Assembly: GCA_964036045.1 (NCBI GenBank)
Contig: OZ038378.1
Coordinates: 163,184,001-163,248,000, forward strand
DNA: 64,000 nucleotides
Source of the DNA: Eutreptiella sp. 'Long Island Sound 2002'
Taxonomy: Eukaryota > Protista > Euglenida
Direction: 5' to 3'
This document shows positions 37,270-49,088 of the stretch, piece by piece (the stretch's first letter is position 1; the number at the start of each line of letters is the position of its first letter). Both the position numbers and the translations under genes were made by a program. Below the pieces are notes generated by a model, which did no database searches, was not told where the DNA came from, and saw only the letters and a program-made list of their open reading frames with translations.

Positions 37270-37873
37270 ATGACTGCGGATGAGATGAGAGCTCTCCTGC
37301 AGTCTCAACAGGAAGCTATTGGACATATGCAGGCACGCTTGGAGGGTTTGGCGGTTGCTGAGCGCAACACTGTACCAGACCTGAACGTGGCGGCAGTGGG
37401 GCAATTCTTGGGAGGCGGACAGAGTGGCGAGTTGGATGCGGCAGTCGGGCGAAGCCTTGCGTGACTACGTGCGCTCGGCTAATGCTGCACCCGTTCGGCC
37501 GTCCGATGTCACGGGCAACACCATGGAATGTCCACGAGGAGACCGCTTGGCATACAAGCTCTAGGGAATCATCCTAGGCTCGCAGCATGCGTACGCGCAG
37601 TGCTATGTGTCAGATGACAGCGGCCGAGCAGACCCAACAAACCCGCTGGATGCGTTGAGCTGGTCGGAGGCCGTCCAGAGGGGTGGTCCGTCTTTCAAGT
37701 ACAAGGGCATTGATTTCGCCATGCGACAAGGCGTCCTTCATTGGATGTCGAAGAAGGGGAGGTGGATACCGGTATCCGCCAGGCCATCGGGTACCCGTCA
37801 GAGATGCGTCAAAGAAAATGTCCCACAAGAGCAATTGAGGCATTGGCATTTCCAATGCCCCCACTGGTCCTGA
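37270..37873 (+). pseudogene. gag-like ORF remnant with a zinc-knuckle-like C-terminus
   Basis: Coiled-coil-like start MTADEMRALLQSQQEAIGHMQARLEGL; C-terminal RC...HWHFQCPHW; stops and frameshifts. Confidence 0.55.
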
Positions 37874-38025
37874 CGGGACTGCGGCCTCTGCGGCCGGACC
37901 GGACCAGGTGGGGGTGGCCCTGCTGGTGTTCGGATTCGCGGTCGGTCGCTGGGAGCTACGCGCCAATGCCCTCCCATGCACCAGGACCGACCTTCCGGGC
38001 GGCGGCGGCCTGCTAGGCCACGGCG

Positions 38026-38830
38026 ATGGCGGTTGTGGGCTCGTATTGGGTGGCAGCCGTGGGCGGGCGGGGATGGGCACCCAAAACCCAGACGAGGTAC
38101 CAATCCGCGTTGTCCGCACTGGCTAGCTTGGAGGGGTCAAGGACACTGCAGTCGTCGCTTATTGACATGCTGTCTCAATTCCTGGCGTTAGGGGTTAGTA
38201 TGGGGCCGGCCAGGTCAACCCTCTGTGCGTACGTCTCAGCCGTTTGGGCTGCTGAGGATGTCCGACTGCTTCCGGAGTGTGTGTGGGCCATCCACAGGAG
38301 GCTTGCAAAGTCGGGCAAGCCCACACCCGGGCAACCGTACATGGGACTGTCCGGACTCCGTCTCCTCTAGTCCAGAGCGTTGTCACCACAGAAACAAATT
38401 GTGGCAGCCCTTACTTGCCTTAGTTGGTTGCTTTTCCTCAGGGTATCTGAAGCGCTGTCCATCACACCAGCAGGCCTGGCGAGCGACTCCGTGGTCCTGT
38501 TTGTCACGACCAAATTCGGCGGTCATCGCGAGGTGCGGAGGCCGCTCTATGGGTGGGGACGGTCTTGGGTCCGTTTCCTCAGGGCCTATGCCTAGGCCTG
38601 TTGCATCCCTGAAGGTCAACCGTTGGCTCGGGGAGGAGTTGAGGCAGTGGAGAAGACCTTCGCGAGCCTGCTCCGCGATTCCTCGTACACGGGTCACCGG
38701 TGGCGCAGCCTGCGGCGGGGGGGGCGCCGCTGCCGCCTTCCACCGCTCCCCCAACGTCCTCTATTTCGTTTGGTGGGTGCGGTGGCGCCGGCTGGCCACG
38801 GCTCTGGATTACGCTCTGGGGTACTTTGAC
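38026..38830 (+). pseudogene. Tyrosine recombinase remnant
   Basis: Box I FLRVSEALSI, box II-like WRSLRRGG (HxxR position), RWRRLATALDY (catalytic Tyr codon ~38810); in-frame stops and a frameshift. Confidence 0.8.
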
Positions 38831-39842
38831 CCTTCGGTGGTTGGGGCACCAGAGTTGCCGTGGCCTGTTGACGTCCAAGCTGCTGATGCGGGACTGGTTG
38901 TGCTCTTAGCGGACCTGTGGGGGGAAGCCATGTATGCCAAATCGGAGAGGTCCACCAAAAGTGCTGCGTCGGATGTACTTGTACCTGTCCGTGCGGGGCC
39001 TACTGTATCTCTTGCTGATATGGATGTAGCGGAAGCTCAAAAGGAGATGGGCGACACTGGGTCTAATTCTGATTCTACGACCGTTTCGTCTGCATCGTCT
39101 GGGTCTGAAGAGTCTCCGGCGTTTGCCAGGAGTGCACCAGCTGCCCCCGCTGCCACCACAACGTCCGCTTCCGTCCAAGCCGAGTTCACAGTAGGATCCC
39201 AACCTCCGACCGGGGTTGGAGGAAAGCGTGCGAGGCGTGCCGGGACGACTGTCCATGCACCAAGAGTTGGTACGACAGGTGGAGCTGACACCAACACGCC
39301 AAGGGTCAAGAGGAGGGTTGTTGGTGTGGGCCGTTCCCTACTTATCCGACGGCATCATGCGGCGAGCGCGGCGGTAGGCTTGGGTTGTGCGAGGACCCGC
39401 CGACGTGCCCCCAAGCGACAGCATCCTGATGGGCTTTCAGGCGGGCCTGCCCGCAAAGCGACTTCACATCCCCAAAGTAAGCTGCATGGCTAGGGCACGT
39501 ACAGGGCCGGGGTCCAGTGAGGGAGGTGGAGGGGTCTCTTGGAAGTTCGCCCCTAGAGGGAGTGATTCGCGGAATCCCATCTGCCTGTGATCTAGTGCTC
39601 AGATCGGCGCGGGGGTCCTTGCAGGTGCTTGCCCCGTCGGATCAAGGTCTGCGACCGTTGCGTCGATGTGACCCGCTGTATGTTATGGGGGGGGGTATGG
39701 GGCTGTTAACACAAACTTGTGTGGGGGGGCGTGGGGCTGTTAAAACAAATGTCCAGGCCGGGTATGGGGCTGTTAGCACAAATTCGTGTGTGGGGGTCTA
39801 GGGTTGGTAATACAAATGTGTGTGGGCAGGGTCTAGGGCTGG

Positions 39843-39980
39843 TAGCTCCATGACAAGGTGCCCGCTGCTCCATGACAAGGTGCCCCTTGCTTAATGAAAA
39901 GGGACCCCGTGCTCCCTGGCAAGGTGCCCCTGCTCCAAGACAAGGTGCCCCTTGCTCCATGACAAGGTGCCCCCTGCTCC
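39843..39980 (+). repeat. ~21-bp tandem repeat (ctccatgacaaggtgcccc..), ~6 copies, between YR and RT
   Basis: Direct reading. Confidence 0.85.
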
Positions 39981-41823
39981 ACGTCAATTTGTTGGTTTCT
40001 TGAGTATGTTCTTTTCTTTCTTGCCCTGGCTTCACCGGGTGTTGTCTTGTAGTGTGTTGTTGCTTATGCGGCGCGTGCATCTGTTTGTCTTGCGAATGTT
40101 CGTCACGTGTGAAGATTTTCGACTCAAGTCGGCGCCGGATGTCATTTTTGATGTCCTGAAGGATTTTACTTCGGACTCCTTGGATGCGCTGTTGCACCTA
40201 TCCACATCCCCCGTACCTCAATTGGGTAAGGTGGATCCCCAGTTGGTTGGGCGCGGGCTGGGTACCGTATGTAATTATGAGATATCTGATGAGTTGTGGC
40301 ATGAGTTAGCCCCTGTGGAATTTGAGGCCTCTGTTGCGGAGTTTTCCTTGCCTCGCGATGTTTACTCCCCGACTCGGGAGGACATGGTTTTACCCATGGT
40401 TCGTTGGCTCTTGAATGCGGGGGTGGCGAGCATTATGGATAGAGGCTGCCCACTGAGGGCAACGTGCTAGCCTTTCATAATACCTAAAACCACCGAGAAA
40501 GTGTCGCTAAGTTTTAATTTGGTGGACTTGAATGAGGGTTTGCAGAGGCCAGCGTCGTTCTCTTTGGATGGGTGGGAGCAGATTTCGCGCAAACTGGCGG
40601 AATGGCCGGCTGATAGACCGTTGTTCTGTACGCATGTTGATTTGTAAAACGCCTTCTGGAGCTTTACATTGCCGCGACGACATGCGAGGGCTTTTCGTTT
40701 CCGTTTGCGGTGGGAGGGTGAGGATAGAATTTTTTGTATGTCTCGGGTGCCTTTCAGGTGGAAACACTCTCTGCTGTTTTGCCAGATAGCCCTAAGCCGT
40801 ATAGTGCGGCCCGTGATACCGGACGGTTACCTACTTTTTCACTACCTCGATGATTTTCTCATCCTGGGACCAGACCCGGTGCGGTTGCGCGCTATCATAG
40901 GGCGTGTGGTGCGGGCCTTGGAAGAGGCGGGGTGCCTTCTGTCGGCTAAAAGCACCAGGAACCAGGGACTGAGATTTTTTTCCTAGGTAAATGCGTAAAT
41001 TTAGGTGTGTGCACGATCAGATCCCACCCACGGGCTTTTCTACAGATGTTTAACATCTGGTTGCGTTTGGCCACCCGGTCCCGCACTTCGTCCCGCTTGC
41101 TTTCTAAGGCCTTAGGATTCATCCACTGGCACTTCCGACCGCGGTTGGGAGGGGCCCCCCTTCTTGCACGGACCTACTGCTGCGACTGGTGGGGGGGGGG
41201 TTTGAGCACCCCACGCCTTGCAAAGTCCTCCATGGGCTATGCACTGCTATTGTCCGGTGTATGGAACCATGGGAGCCGCCCGCGTTGGCGCATATTGTGA
41301 TTTACCATTCTCAGTTGGCGGTGAGTGATTTGTGGGCGGTGCGTCATTGTGTGATGTTTGGTGATGCGGCGCTAGATGCTATCCGATACGGGGGGGAGGG
41401 GGGGCTTTTATGCTGAAGCTGTCGGGTATTCGTTCGCAGGTTATTCTCCCGGAAAGACATACACAGCAAAGTGCTGAGTTTTGGGTTTTGGTGTGGCTCG
41501 TGAGGTTGGCTGTGCGGCTGGGCTGGTGTTATGTCGCTTTGGTGACGGATTCACAAGTAGCAGCGTGCCAATTTTTGTCCTTGAGGGCTTCCACGTGGTT
41601 GAATAGGCAACAGCGTCTTTTGCGTGCCTTGGTGTTGCATATGATGCAGCATGCATTGATTGTGGAGGTGCGCCTGGTGCCGGGGGTATTGCAACCGGCT
41701 GATCCGCCAAGTAGGTTGGATTCGAATCATCAGTCTAGTATGCAGCGTGCGTGTAGCCGGGCTTATCGTTTGTGGAGGGTACTGCTTCTTCATCCACGGA
41801 AGTGCAGCAGGTGGGTGGTTTGA
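39952..41823 (+). pseudogene. Reverse transcriptase / RNase H remnant (DIRS-type)
   Basis: FIIPK, HVDL*NAFW, RVPFRW and HYLDDFLI (40843-40854); RNase H motifs FGDAA, QSAEF, LVTDSQVA and QPADPPSR; stops at 40468 and 40645 plus frameshifts. Confidence 0.85.
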
Positions 41824-41850
41824 TCCTGTAGTGCCTATTCTTTTGGGTGC

Positions 41851-42384
41851 TTGTTTTTGTGCATAGCGTCCATTAATATGACACGTCGTGGCTGGAGCCG
41901 CTGGCACCGCAGGGGCCGCCAGCACCACCGCCGTTCGGCGCAGGCCCTGGAGCGTAGGCGGGAGCGTGTGCGTCTACACATGTGTGCGGTGCGCACCAGG
42001 CGATTGGCGTGGAGACTAGCGCACCACATTTGGTTAGGGACACAGGCGCGGTTGGTGTTTGATCGGGCGTGTCCGCGAGACAAAGTGCCTGGGCCGTTGG
42101 AGTTGGCAGCGAAAGACTTGGGGCAGCACCTCCAGTCCCACGCCGAGCAGGTGTTCACAGCTTCGGGGAGCCCCGATGTTAAGGATGCCGGCAACCACCT
42201 TTGTAGGCATCGCTGGCGCGTGCGTGTAAATAGTCGCGCCATATATCTATCAATATCCTCCAACCGCCGGATTGGGGGTATTGCCATACATTTGGGTGCA
42301 AGGCACTCAACTGCTCGTGCGCCGTGTGGCATACATGTTTCATTCGATGTGATCTCATGTGAGCATGTTGGTGTGTTGCTCTAG
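41851..42384 (+). CDS. Arg-rich ORF of unknown function at the 3' end of the YR retroelement
   Basis: Uninterrupted 177-codon ORF between RNase H and repeat B1; no recognised domain. Confidence 0.3.
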   Translation: MFLCIASINMTRRGWSRWHRRGRQHHRRSAQALERRRERVRLHMCAVRTRRLAWRLAHHIWLGTQARLVFDRACPRDKVPGPLELAAKDLGQHLQSHAEQVFTASGSPDVKDAGNHLCRHRWRVRVNSRAIYLSISSNRRIGGIAIHLGARHSTARAPCGIHVSFDVISCEHVGVLL

Positions 42385-43382
42385 CATGTGGGGGCCGCGC
42401 GCCGTGGCTGTTTAGCTGCTGAGCGACCGGCGCTCATTTCCAACATGAGCAGTGGTTTTTGATTGGTGTCGTAACATCACACTTTGTTCGTGTGATATGG
42501 CAATAGAGGATGAGGAGTACCAGAGGTGTATTGTTGAACTAATTTGGTGCTTTGTCTGGTGTGTTCCCCTGTTTTACTTGCCCACTTGTCTTTCTTGAAC
42601 AGGGATCGCATCTACTGTCGTGTACAAATTTGTTGAAAAATTATTGTGTTCCCACCACCCGCCCCACCCCCGCCTTTTGTAATGTGGTATTCAGGCGTGT
42701 GTGTCAGTGGCGATAGCCGATGGAATTTGGCAGAGTGGATTGGGTTTTATTTGTCCGATGCTTTCGGGGATTGTAGCGACTTGCATGCTGTGTCACATGT
42801 GTGTATGCCAGTGTGAGTTTTGGTTGGTGTGGTGTCCCGAAGGCCCGGCGGGGTCGTTGGAGAGTGTCCACTAAGGTTTGTGGCGCTTTTGGCGTACATT
42901 CTTATGCGATTGTTACTGTTGACAACGCTGAGGGCGCTAGCAGCACTCTGAATTGTTGATCTGCCAGAGGTGTATTGTTGAACTGATTTGGTGCTTTGTC
43001 TTGTGTGATCCGGCCTTCTTGAGCTATTCTATGGTGCCCTTGACCTCCTTGATCCGGAGGAGCAGCCGCAAGGCGGCACCAAAGTCCTCGGACCGGCGGG
43101 AGTACAACTGCACCGCGAGGGTGGCCTTGATACCATTGGGCACCATTGTCCGGAAGTAGACCCGGGAGTTGTGGGGCAGGCACCTCCACGCGGCGGCGTC
43201 GGTGTGGCTGACTTGGAGGGCGTGCTCCTATATGCTCCGCCGGATGCCCTGCTCCTCCTCTTGCCAGAAGACGACCATGGCCTGCACCGCCATCCACCTG
43301 CGCTCTCCGTGGGACCGCTGCCATTGCTAGATGGTGTGGAACTCCTAGATGCTGTGGGCAGTGCGTCTCCTTCGGTACACTG

Positions 43383-44040
43383 CTGCACCATAGGGGGCAG
43401 GGGCCAGTGGGTTGTTGTAGTAGAATGGGTCTCCTTCAGCGCATTGCTACACTACAGGGGGCTATGGGCAGTGGGTCTCCTTTAGTATAGTGCTGCACTA
43501 CAGTGGGAAGTGGGCAGTGGATCTCGAATCGTACACTGCTGCGTTGTAGGGGGCCATGGGCCATGGGTCTTCTTCAGTAGACGGCCACACTACAAGGGGT
43601 AGTGGGCAACAGGTATCCTTCAGTACATTGCCACACATTAGGGGACAATAGGCAGTGGGGATCCTTTAGTACACCCCAACACTGCTCGGGGCTGTGCCTA
43701 GTGGGTATTGTTCCACACCCTGCCGCACTGTAGACGGCTGTGGTTTGTGGGACTCCGTTTGTACATTGCCATACTTAAGGAAGAAGTGGGCGCAAGGGCT
43801 GGTGAGCCTTCTTTTGTACATAGCCACAAAGTAGGGGGAAATGGGCCGTCAATATCCTTTTGGAACATCGTTGCATTGCAGGGGGGAACGGGCACCGGGC
43901 ATCTTCGGTGTGCATAGCACAAGGCAATGGGTAGTGGGCATCTCTCTGTGGGCATCTCTCCAAAAACTGCCGCATTGTACGGTGCATTAGGCAATGGATA
44001 TCGTTCAGTATATCTAGTGCAACTACAAAAACAAGTGGCA
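43383..44040. repeat. GGGCAGTGGG...CCTTCAGTACACTG tandem array (~45-bp degenerate unit); second array at 46045-46530
   Basis: Repeated gggcagtggg / tccttcagta motifs, both arrays in the same orientation. Confidence 0.8.
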
Positions 44041-44041
44041 C

Positions 44042-45139
44042 AACACTGACAACCTAGAGTACTGCCTACCGGGGACGAGCAACCAAGCCCTCATGAGGGC
44101 CACGAAGAACAACCTCAAGGGCAATACGACGACAAACGTGCTTATGACCAATGGGAAGACAAAGTACGACGTTGGGTCCTTCCAAATGAAAGCACTGTGC
44201 CAATCTAACAACCACGCGATATTCAAATGGGCGTCCCACTCTAAACACCTGGTACCTGGTACCTAGTACCATGAGCGGTTGTGGATAACAACAGCCTGGC
44301 ACCGTTTGATAGTCAGCTAAAGCACGGTGTCGCCATGATGCTGTGCCTCTGGAGTGTGGACGCCACCAGCCACCGCCTCAGTGTGTCGAAAACACTCGGA
44401 GCTGCAGGTGAGGATGATGGGGAAACGGTCAAAGACCCGTGCACATATGAGCCGGACCTCATCCTGTACAACCTGTCACTCGCCGTATGCGAGTGGTTCA
44501 CACACGGATCTAGGCACAATGCGGGCCTCATCCTCATGGAGGTGAAACTGACGTCCCCAAGTTTTGACACCAAGCAAAAGCTACACAGCGTGTCATGGTA
44601 TAGCCAATCGTTGCTCCTCATGATCGGTGGCAACCCCTCGGTAGTGCTGATGGACATCGAGGAGGACTACACAGGCGGCAACTTGAATTACTGTCGTAGC
44701 GATACTTTGTAAGGGGTAATGACCGGCCGATGGCGCCGAGATGGAGATATGCTTTGATTGGGATGCCGAGGTAGGGCGCGTGATATTCCACCTCGGTGGA
44801 CACACCATCCACTTGATGCTACATGTAATTGTCCGCATGGGACACGCGTTCGCAGGTGCATGGAAAGCGGCCCTGCGCGAGCTGGACGGCACTGAAGATG
44901 ACACCTCGTTGATTGGCCGGCTGATGGTCCTTCTAAGCCCCACGTTCGTGCGCAATGGGCAGAAGCGCAGCCAGGAGAACTACGAGGATCAGGGCGTCAT
45001 CGATGCGTCTGGGCTGCGGGCACGGCTGGTTGCCACGTGTACGGCTCTTGCCAAACAAAATTCATGCCCTCACATGAAGCGGGCGCAATTTCCCTTTTTG
45101 CGCCCGACCATGGTGAAGAGGCGGGAGACCACGTCTTAG
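44042..45139 (+). pseudogene. Disrupted ORF with a PD-(D/E)XK nuclease-like motif
   Basis: YEPDLILY...LILMEVKLT...KLHSVSWY in 44281-44712; flanking coding-like frames 44042-44260 and 44741-45139 are offset by frameshifts. Confidence 0.4.
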
Positions 45140-48100
45140 TCCACCGTGTGTTCCTTGAGAGACGCGTTCCTGCGGACGTGCGTGCGGGTAAGGGTGCAAT
45201 CAAAGCGAGCTAGTAGCACGGCTTGCAGAAAAACCCAATGCGGTAGCACTTGGTGTCCCTAACATGATGACATGACATGACAAATCCGAGTTGCAGGTAC
45301 CCATGTCAGAGAACCCCTTCTCGTGAGCCTGACCGTTCTGCTTGGTTCTTTCAACGACCCCCTCTATGAATGTGTTAACCAATGTGATAGACGTCTCGCT
45401 CATCATCTTTGCTTCTTGTTTCATATTTGGTATTCTGGCGCACGCGGGTGTTGGAGGGGCCTGTCAAGTTTTAGATCGCGATCAGAGTGTGTACTTATAT
45501 GTAAAACTCCCCACCAAAACTATTACTAGCACCACTCCTACTCCCAAAACCAAGCATGGTGAACCACGGACGCATCGCTAACAATATCCCGGATTGGAAT
45601 GCGGTCCTTCCACGGAAGTCCAGCCCAGTGGTGCTAATGCTTGGTAGCATGCACCAAAAGTACGCGGAGTCATAAGCCGTGGGCGCCTATGTGATGAATT
45701 GGGGCGAAATCGCAGTGCCGAGCAGGTGGACTGTGCCCAAGCTGGCAACGTCTACGGACGGCAAGCCGGCATTTGATGTTACTGGTACCAGTTCCGTGGT
45801 GATCGGCAGCATTGTCTATGAGATGGAACTAGCCGGTGACGTCGTTTTCTTGGTCTTCACTGTGACTGGGAGCCCCACATCGCCTAAGGTGCTGCTCGGA
45901 CATCGGACAGGGGCTTATCTATCCGGATGTGTCAAACACAAAGAACCACATCATGGATGCAACCACGAACGCCGACTCCACAACCAAGGTGACCGTGCCA
46001 TCTGCCGCCGCCAATGCCCCTAGCAAGTCAATCGTACTGCTATGTGCCGCGCCCGTGTTGGTGTGGCCCTTGCTGCACTGCAGGGGGCAATAGGCAGTTG
46101 GTATCCTTTAGTACGCCACCGTACTGTGGGCAGTGGGCAACGGATATCTTGCACAACAATGCCGCACTTTTGGGGGCATTTGGCGTCCTTTGGTACATTG
46201 CCGTGCCGCATTGAGGGGGCAAGCGGGCAGTGGGTGTTCTTCAATACACTGCTGCACAGCACGGGGCAGTGGGCAGTGGGCATCTCTTAGTAAACTGACG
46301 CACTGTTCGGGCCAGGAGGCAGTGGATATCCTTCAATACACTGCCGCACTGAATGGGGCAGTGGGCACTAGGTATCCTTTAGTGCACCGCCTCACTGCAG
46401 TGGGCAGTGGGCAGTGGGCTGTCTTCAGGACACTGCTATATTGTAGTAGGGGGCAGTAGGTGGATATCCTTCAGTACACTTCCACACTGTAGGGGGCAGT
46501 GGGCTGTGGGTATCCTTCACCCACACCACACCACACGACACCACCCTAGAAGACACCACACTGCATATTGTCACTACAACTACCTGCCGAACGCATATTA
46601 TCGCATCACTAGCCTCTTTACCTTGTGCATAGTGACCAGCTGTATGCAAAGTATCTGCACATTTTGCATCTGACCGTATGTATCCTGACTAGACGGCTAG
46701 CATGAGAAGATTTGTCTCAGCTGAGCCAGCATGACCTGGCCCAAGAGTGTGTAGTGCTAGAGTGTGTAGATTCCACTTGATACGATATGCTGGTAAGTAG
46801 GGTCTAAGTTTTGTGGTTGCACAAAGGAGCCTGAGTTTGACACTGGTGGCAAGAATTCCAGTGACATCCCTGCTCAATGCAGTTCTGCCCACATCTTAAC
46901 CTTGTAAAGTGGCACGTTACTCTTTGAATATCTCCTTGAGACCGTGTTACCAGCCTTTGGCTGAGGTGGATAGGAGGTGTTCCTCGCACAACTGACGTGG
47001 AGGCTGAGGTTGCGTGGAAGGTGCGTCGCGGATCAATAGGAGGTGGGAGAATGCAATGGCACAAAAGGGGATGGGCGGTGCATAGGATGATGAGGCGGAT
47101 GAGGAGGCGCGGTGGCAGGTGGATTGCGGGCGCCCCCAACATAATCCACAGATGCTTGGTAGCTACAATCCCCTGGTGGTGACCAGTGGAAAAATGTATG
47201 CGTTTGCTGGTCAGGAGCACAGTACTGATGCAACCCCCCGCCCCCCTCCAGCACTGATGACCCCTGACCTGCATACACGCCCCTCACCCTGTAGAGGCAC
47301 GGCCCAGCAAGCTGATCGACCAGGCACGCAGGCGTACACCTGGCCGAATGTTTGCCACGCACACAGCCCGACAGGCGACAGCTGACCTGGTGAAGTGGAG
47401 AAGGGAGAAAGGGACCTTGACCCTGACCCCAGCCATTGAACACTCGGAAAGCGAACACAGAGAACATGATCTGGCACACTGAACTGAGAGAGCAATGAAG
47501 ACCGGTGGTGGCAGGTGCGGTTGGAGCTAATTGCGGTGAAGCAAACCTGACCCATTGTGGCCCTGCGCCCATTCCTGCCAGCCTTCGGTGCTGTGAGAGG
47601 CACTGCCTGGAGGCATGGCATGGGAGTGCAATGGAGGGGCTGACCTGATCACTCACCAACGGGAGGTTTGTTCTCAACGAGGGGGGGAAGATAATATGAG
47701 AGGGAGTGGACCGCCATTGGGCTCTGCTGGCGCGCCTTGGACAAGTCTGACCCTGTTTCGGTGCCTGCTTCGTGCTGACCCATACTGATTGCCGTGACTT
47801 TGACGTGAGTGGCAGGTGGGTTCAGGGCCACGGGTGGCGTTTGTGTTTTGTGCAAGTGCAGACCCCCCCCCCCCCCGCATCCAGACCCCCAAAACCTACG
47901 CCTATGGGGTACAGCCGACACAGTGAACCCCCGCTTATGTGTACGTAGGTGCACTGCTGAAAACAAAGGAACAAAGGGAAGAATATGCCAGGCAAAAAGC
48001 CTCGAAACCCCCCCCCCCTCCCCCAAGGGACTCCCCCCCCCCCTGCCCACACCGCGGGTGTTGGGTTCCAGAACAAACTGAAGCACCCTCCCCCCCCCCT

Positions 48101-48995
48101 CTCCCCCTCCCCCGTTCAGGCACAGGGTGGCCTGATTTCTATCTCCACCGCTAACCCTCTTACGCACCACACGCTGATGGTGCTCGCGCGGGGGCAGTTG
48201 TTGGCAGAGCCAAGGGTCACAAAGGGTGCGCCGACTGAACCCAGCGAAATCACAGGGATGTCCGCGGACGCGCCCTCAGGCCGTGGACGATGGGGAGGGC
48301 TGAGGGGCTGCGTGCCAAGGGGCAACCACGGCGCTGCATCGCTCGCTGGTGCTGCTGTGCTGCCTGAGTCCGGAGATGTCCATCACCAGCCCAGAGTGCT
48401 GGCCCTGGGGAATGTCTTGAGGTCCAGGGGGATTTGCTGAGGCCCGGGGGACTTCTTTCTGGCCACGAGAGCCTCATGTGGCCCTCCCATTGTGCCCATG
48501 GGCCTCTGGCTTTGAAACGGTCGGGAGAGATGGCCCAACCGCCGTCGCATGCACCAGCGCATTGTGCCCCCACGTCGTGGAGGACGCCAGTCAATCCTGC
48601 ACACATGGTGCCAATAACTCCGGTCGCTCAGTTGCAGGTGGTGCTCCCGTGATGTTCAACACGATGCCCCCAACAGAAACCATGCCACATTGGAGAGGCG
48701 TACAAGAAAGGACACATAGCCCTCCCCCCAAATGAGAGTGCCTTGGCAGGGCAAGCACGTAGGTATTGGCTGCAAGGGTGCGACCCCGCCGGCAGCATTG
48801 GGAGGTCTTTTGCAGGCCCTCCGTGAGATAAGGGGAGACCTCCACCCCCTTCAAGGTGAACGGCCAAGGATTCTTGTTTGACGGAGAAATTTGTGGATTG
48901 ATGCTTGGGGATTCTCTGTGGAGGGTGAAGGTAAGATGGTCAGCCCCTTCCATCACACCCCTTCCCTCCTCCCTCCAAAGAGCAGGAGGTCCAAG

Positions 48996-49088
48996 AGGCC
49001 ATGGTGAGTGCCTTCATGAATACATGTTTGTTGGGTGAGTCCATGGCGGCTGTTTGTGATCCCACAAGGTGTACATGCTGACGCTCTG
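48996..49088. repeat. ~93-bp dispersed duplication (second copy 51034-51126), within probable LINE-derived debris
   Basis: aggccatggtgag.gccttcatgaa.acatgtttgttgggtgagtccatggcgg.tgtttgtgatcccacaaggtgtacatgctgacgctctg in both places. Confidence 0.85.

Larger units (their letters stand above)
37067..43007 (+). mobile_element. Tyrosine-recombinase retrotransposon (DIRS order; VIPER/TATE-like gag-YR-RT/RH order) with split direct repeats, decayed
   Basis: A1 37067-37153 ~ A2 42566-42650; B1 42520-42563 ~ B2 42964-43007; internal gag-like, YR and RT/RNase H remnants. Confidence 0.85.
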
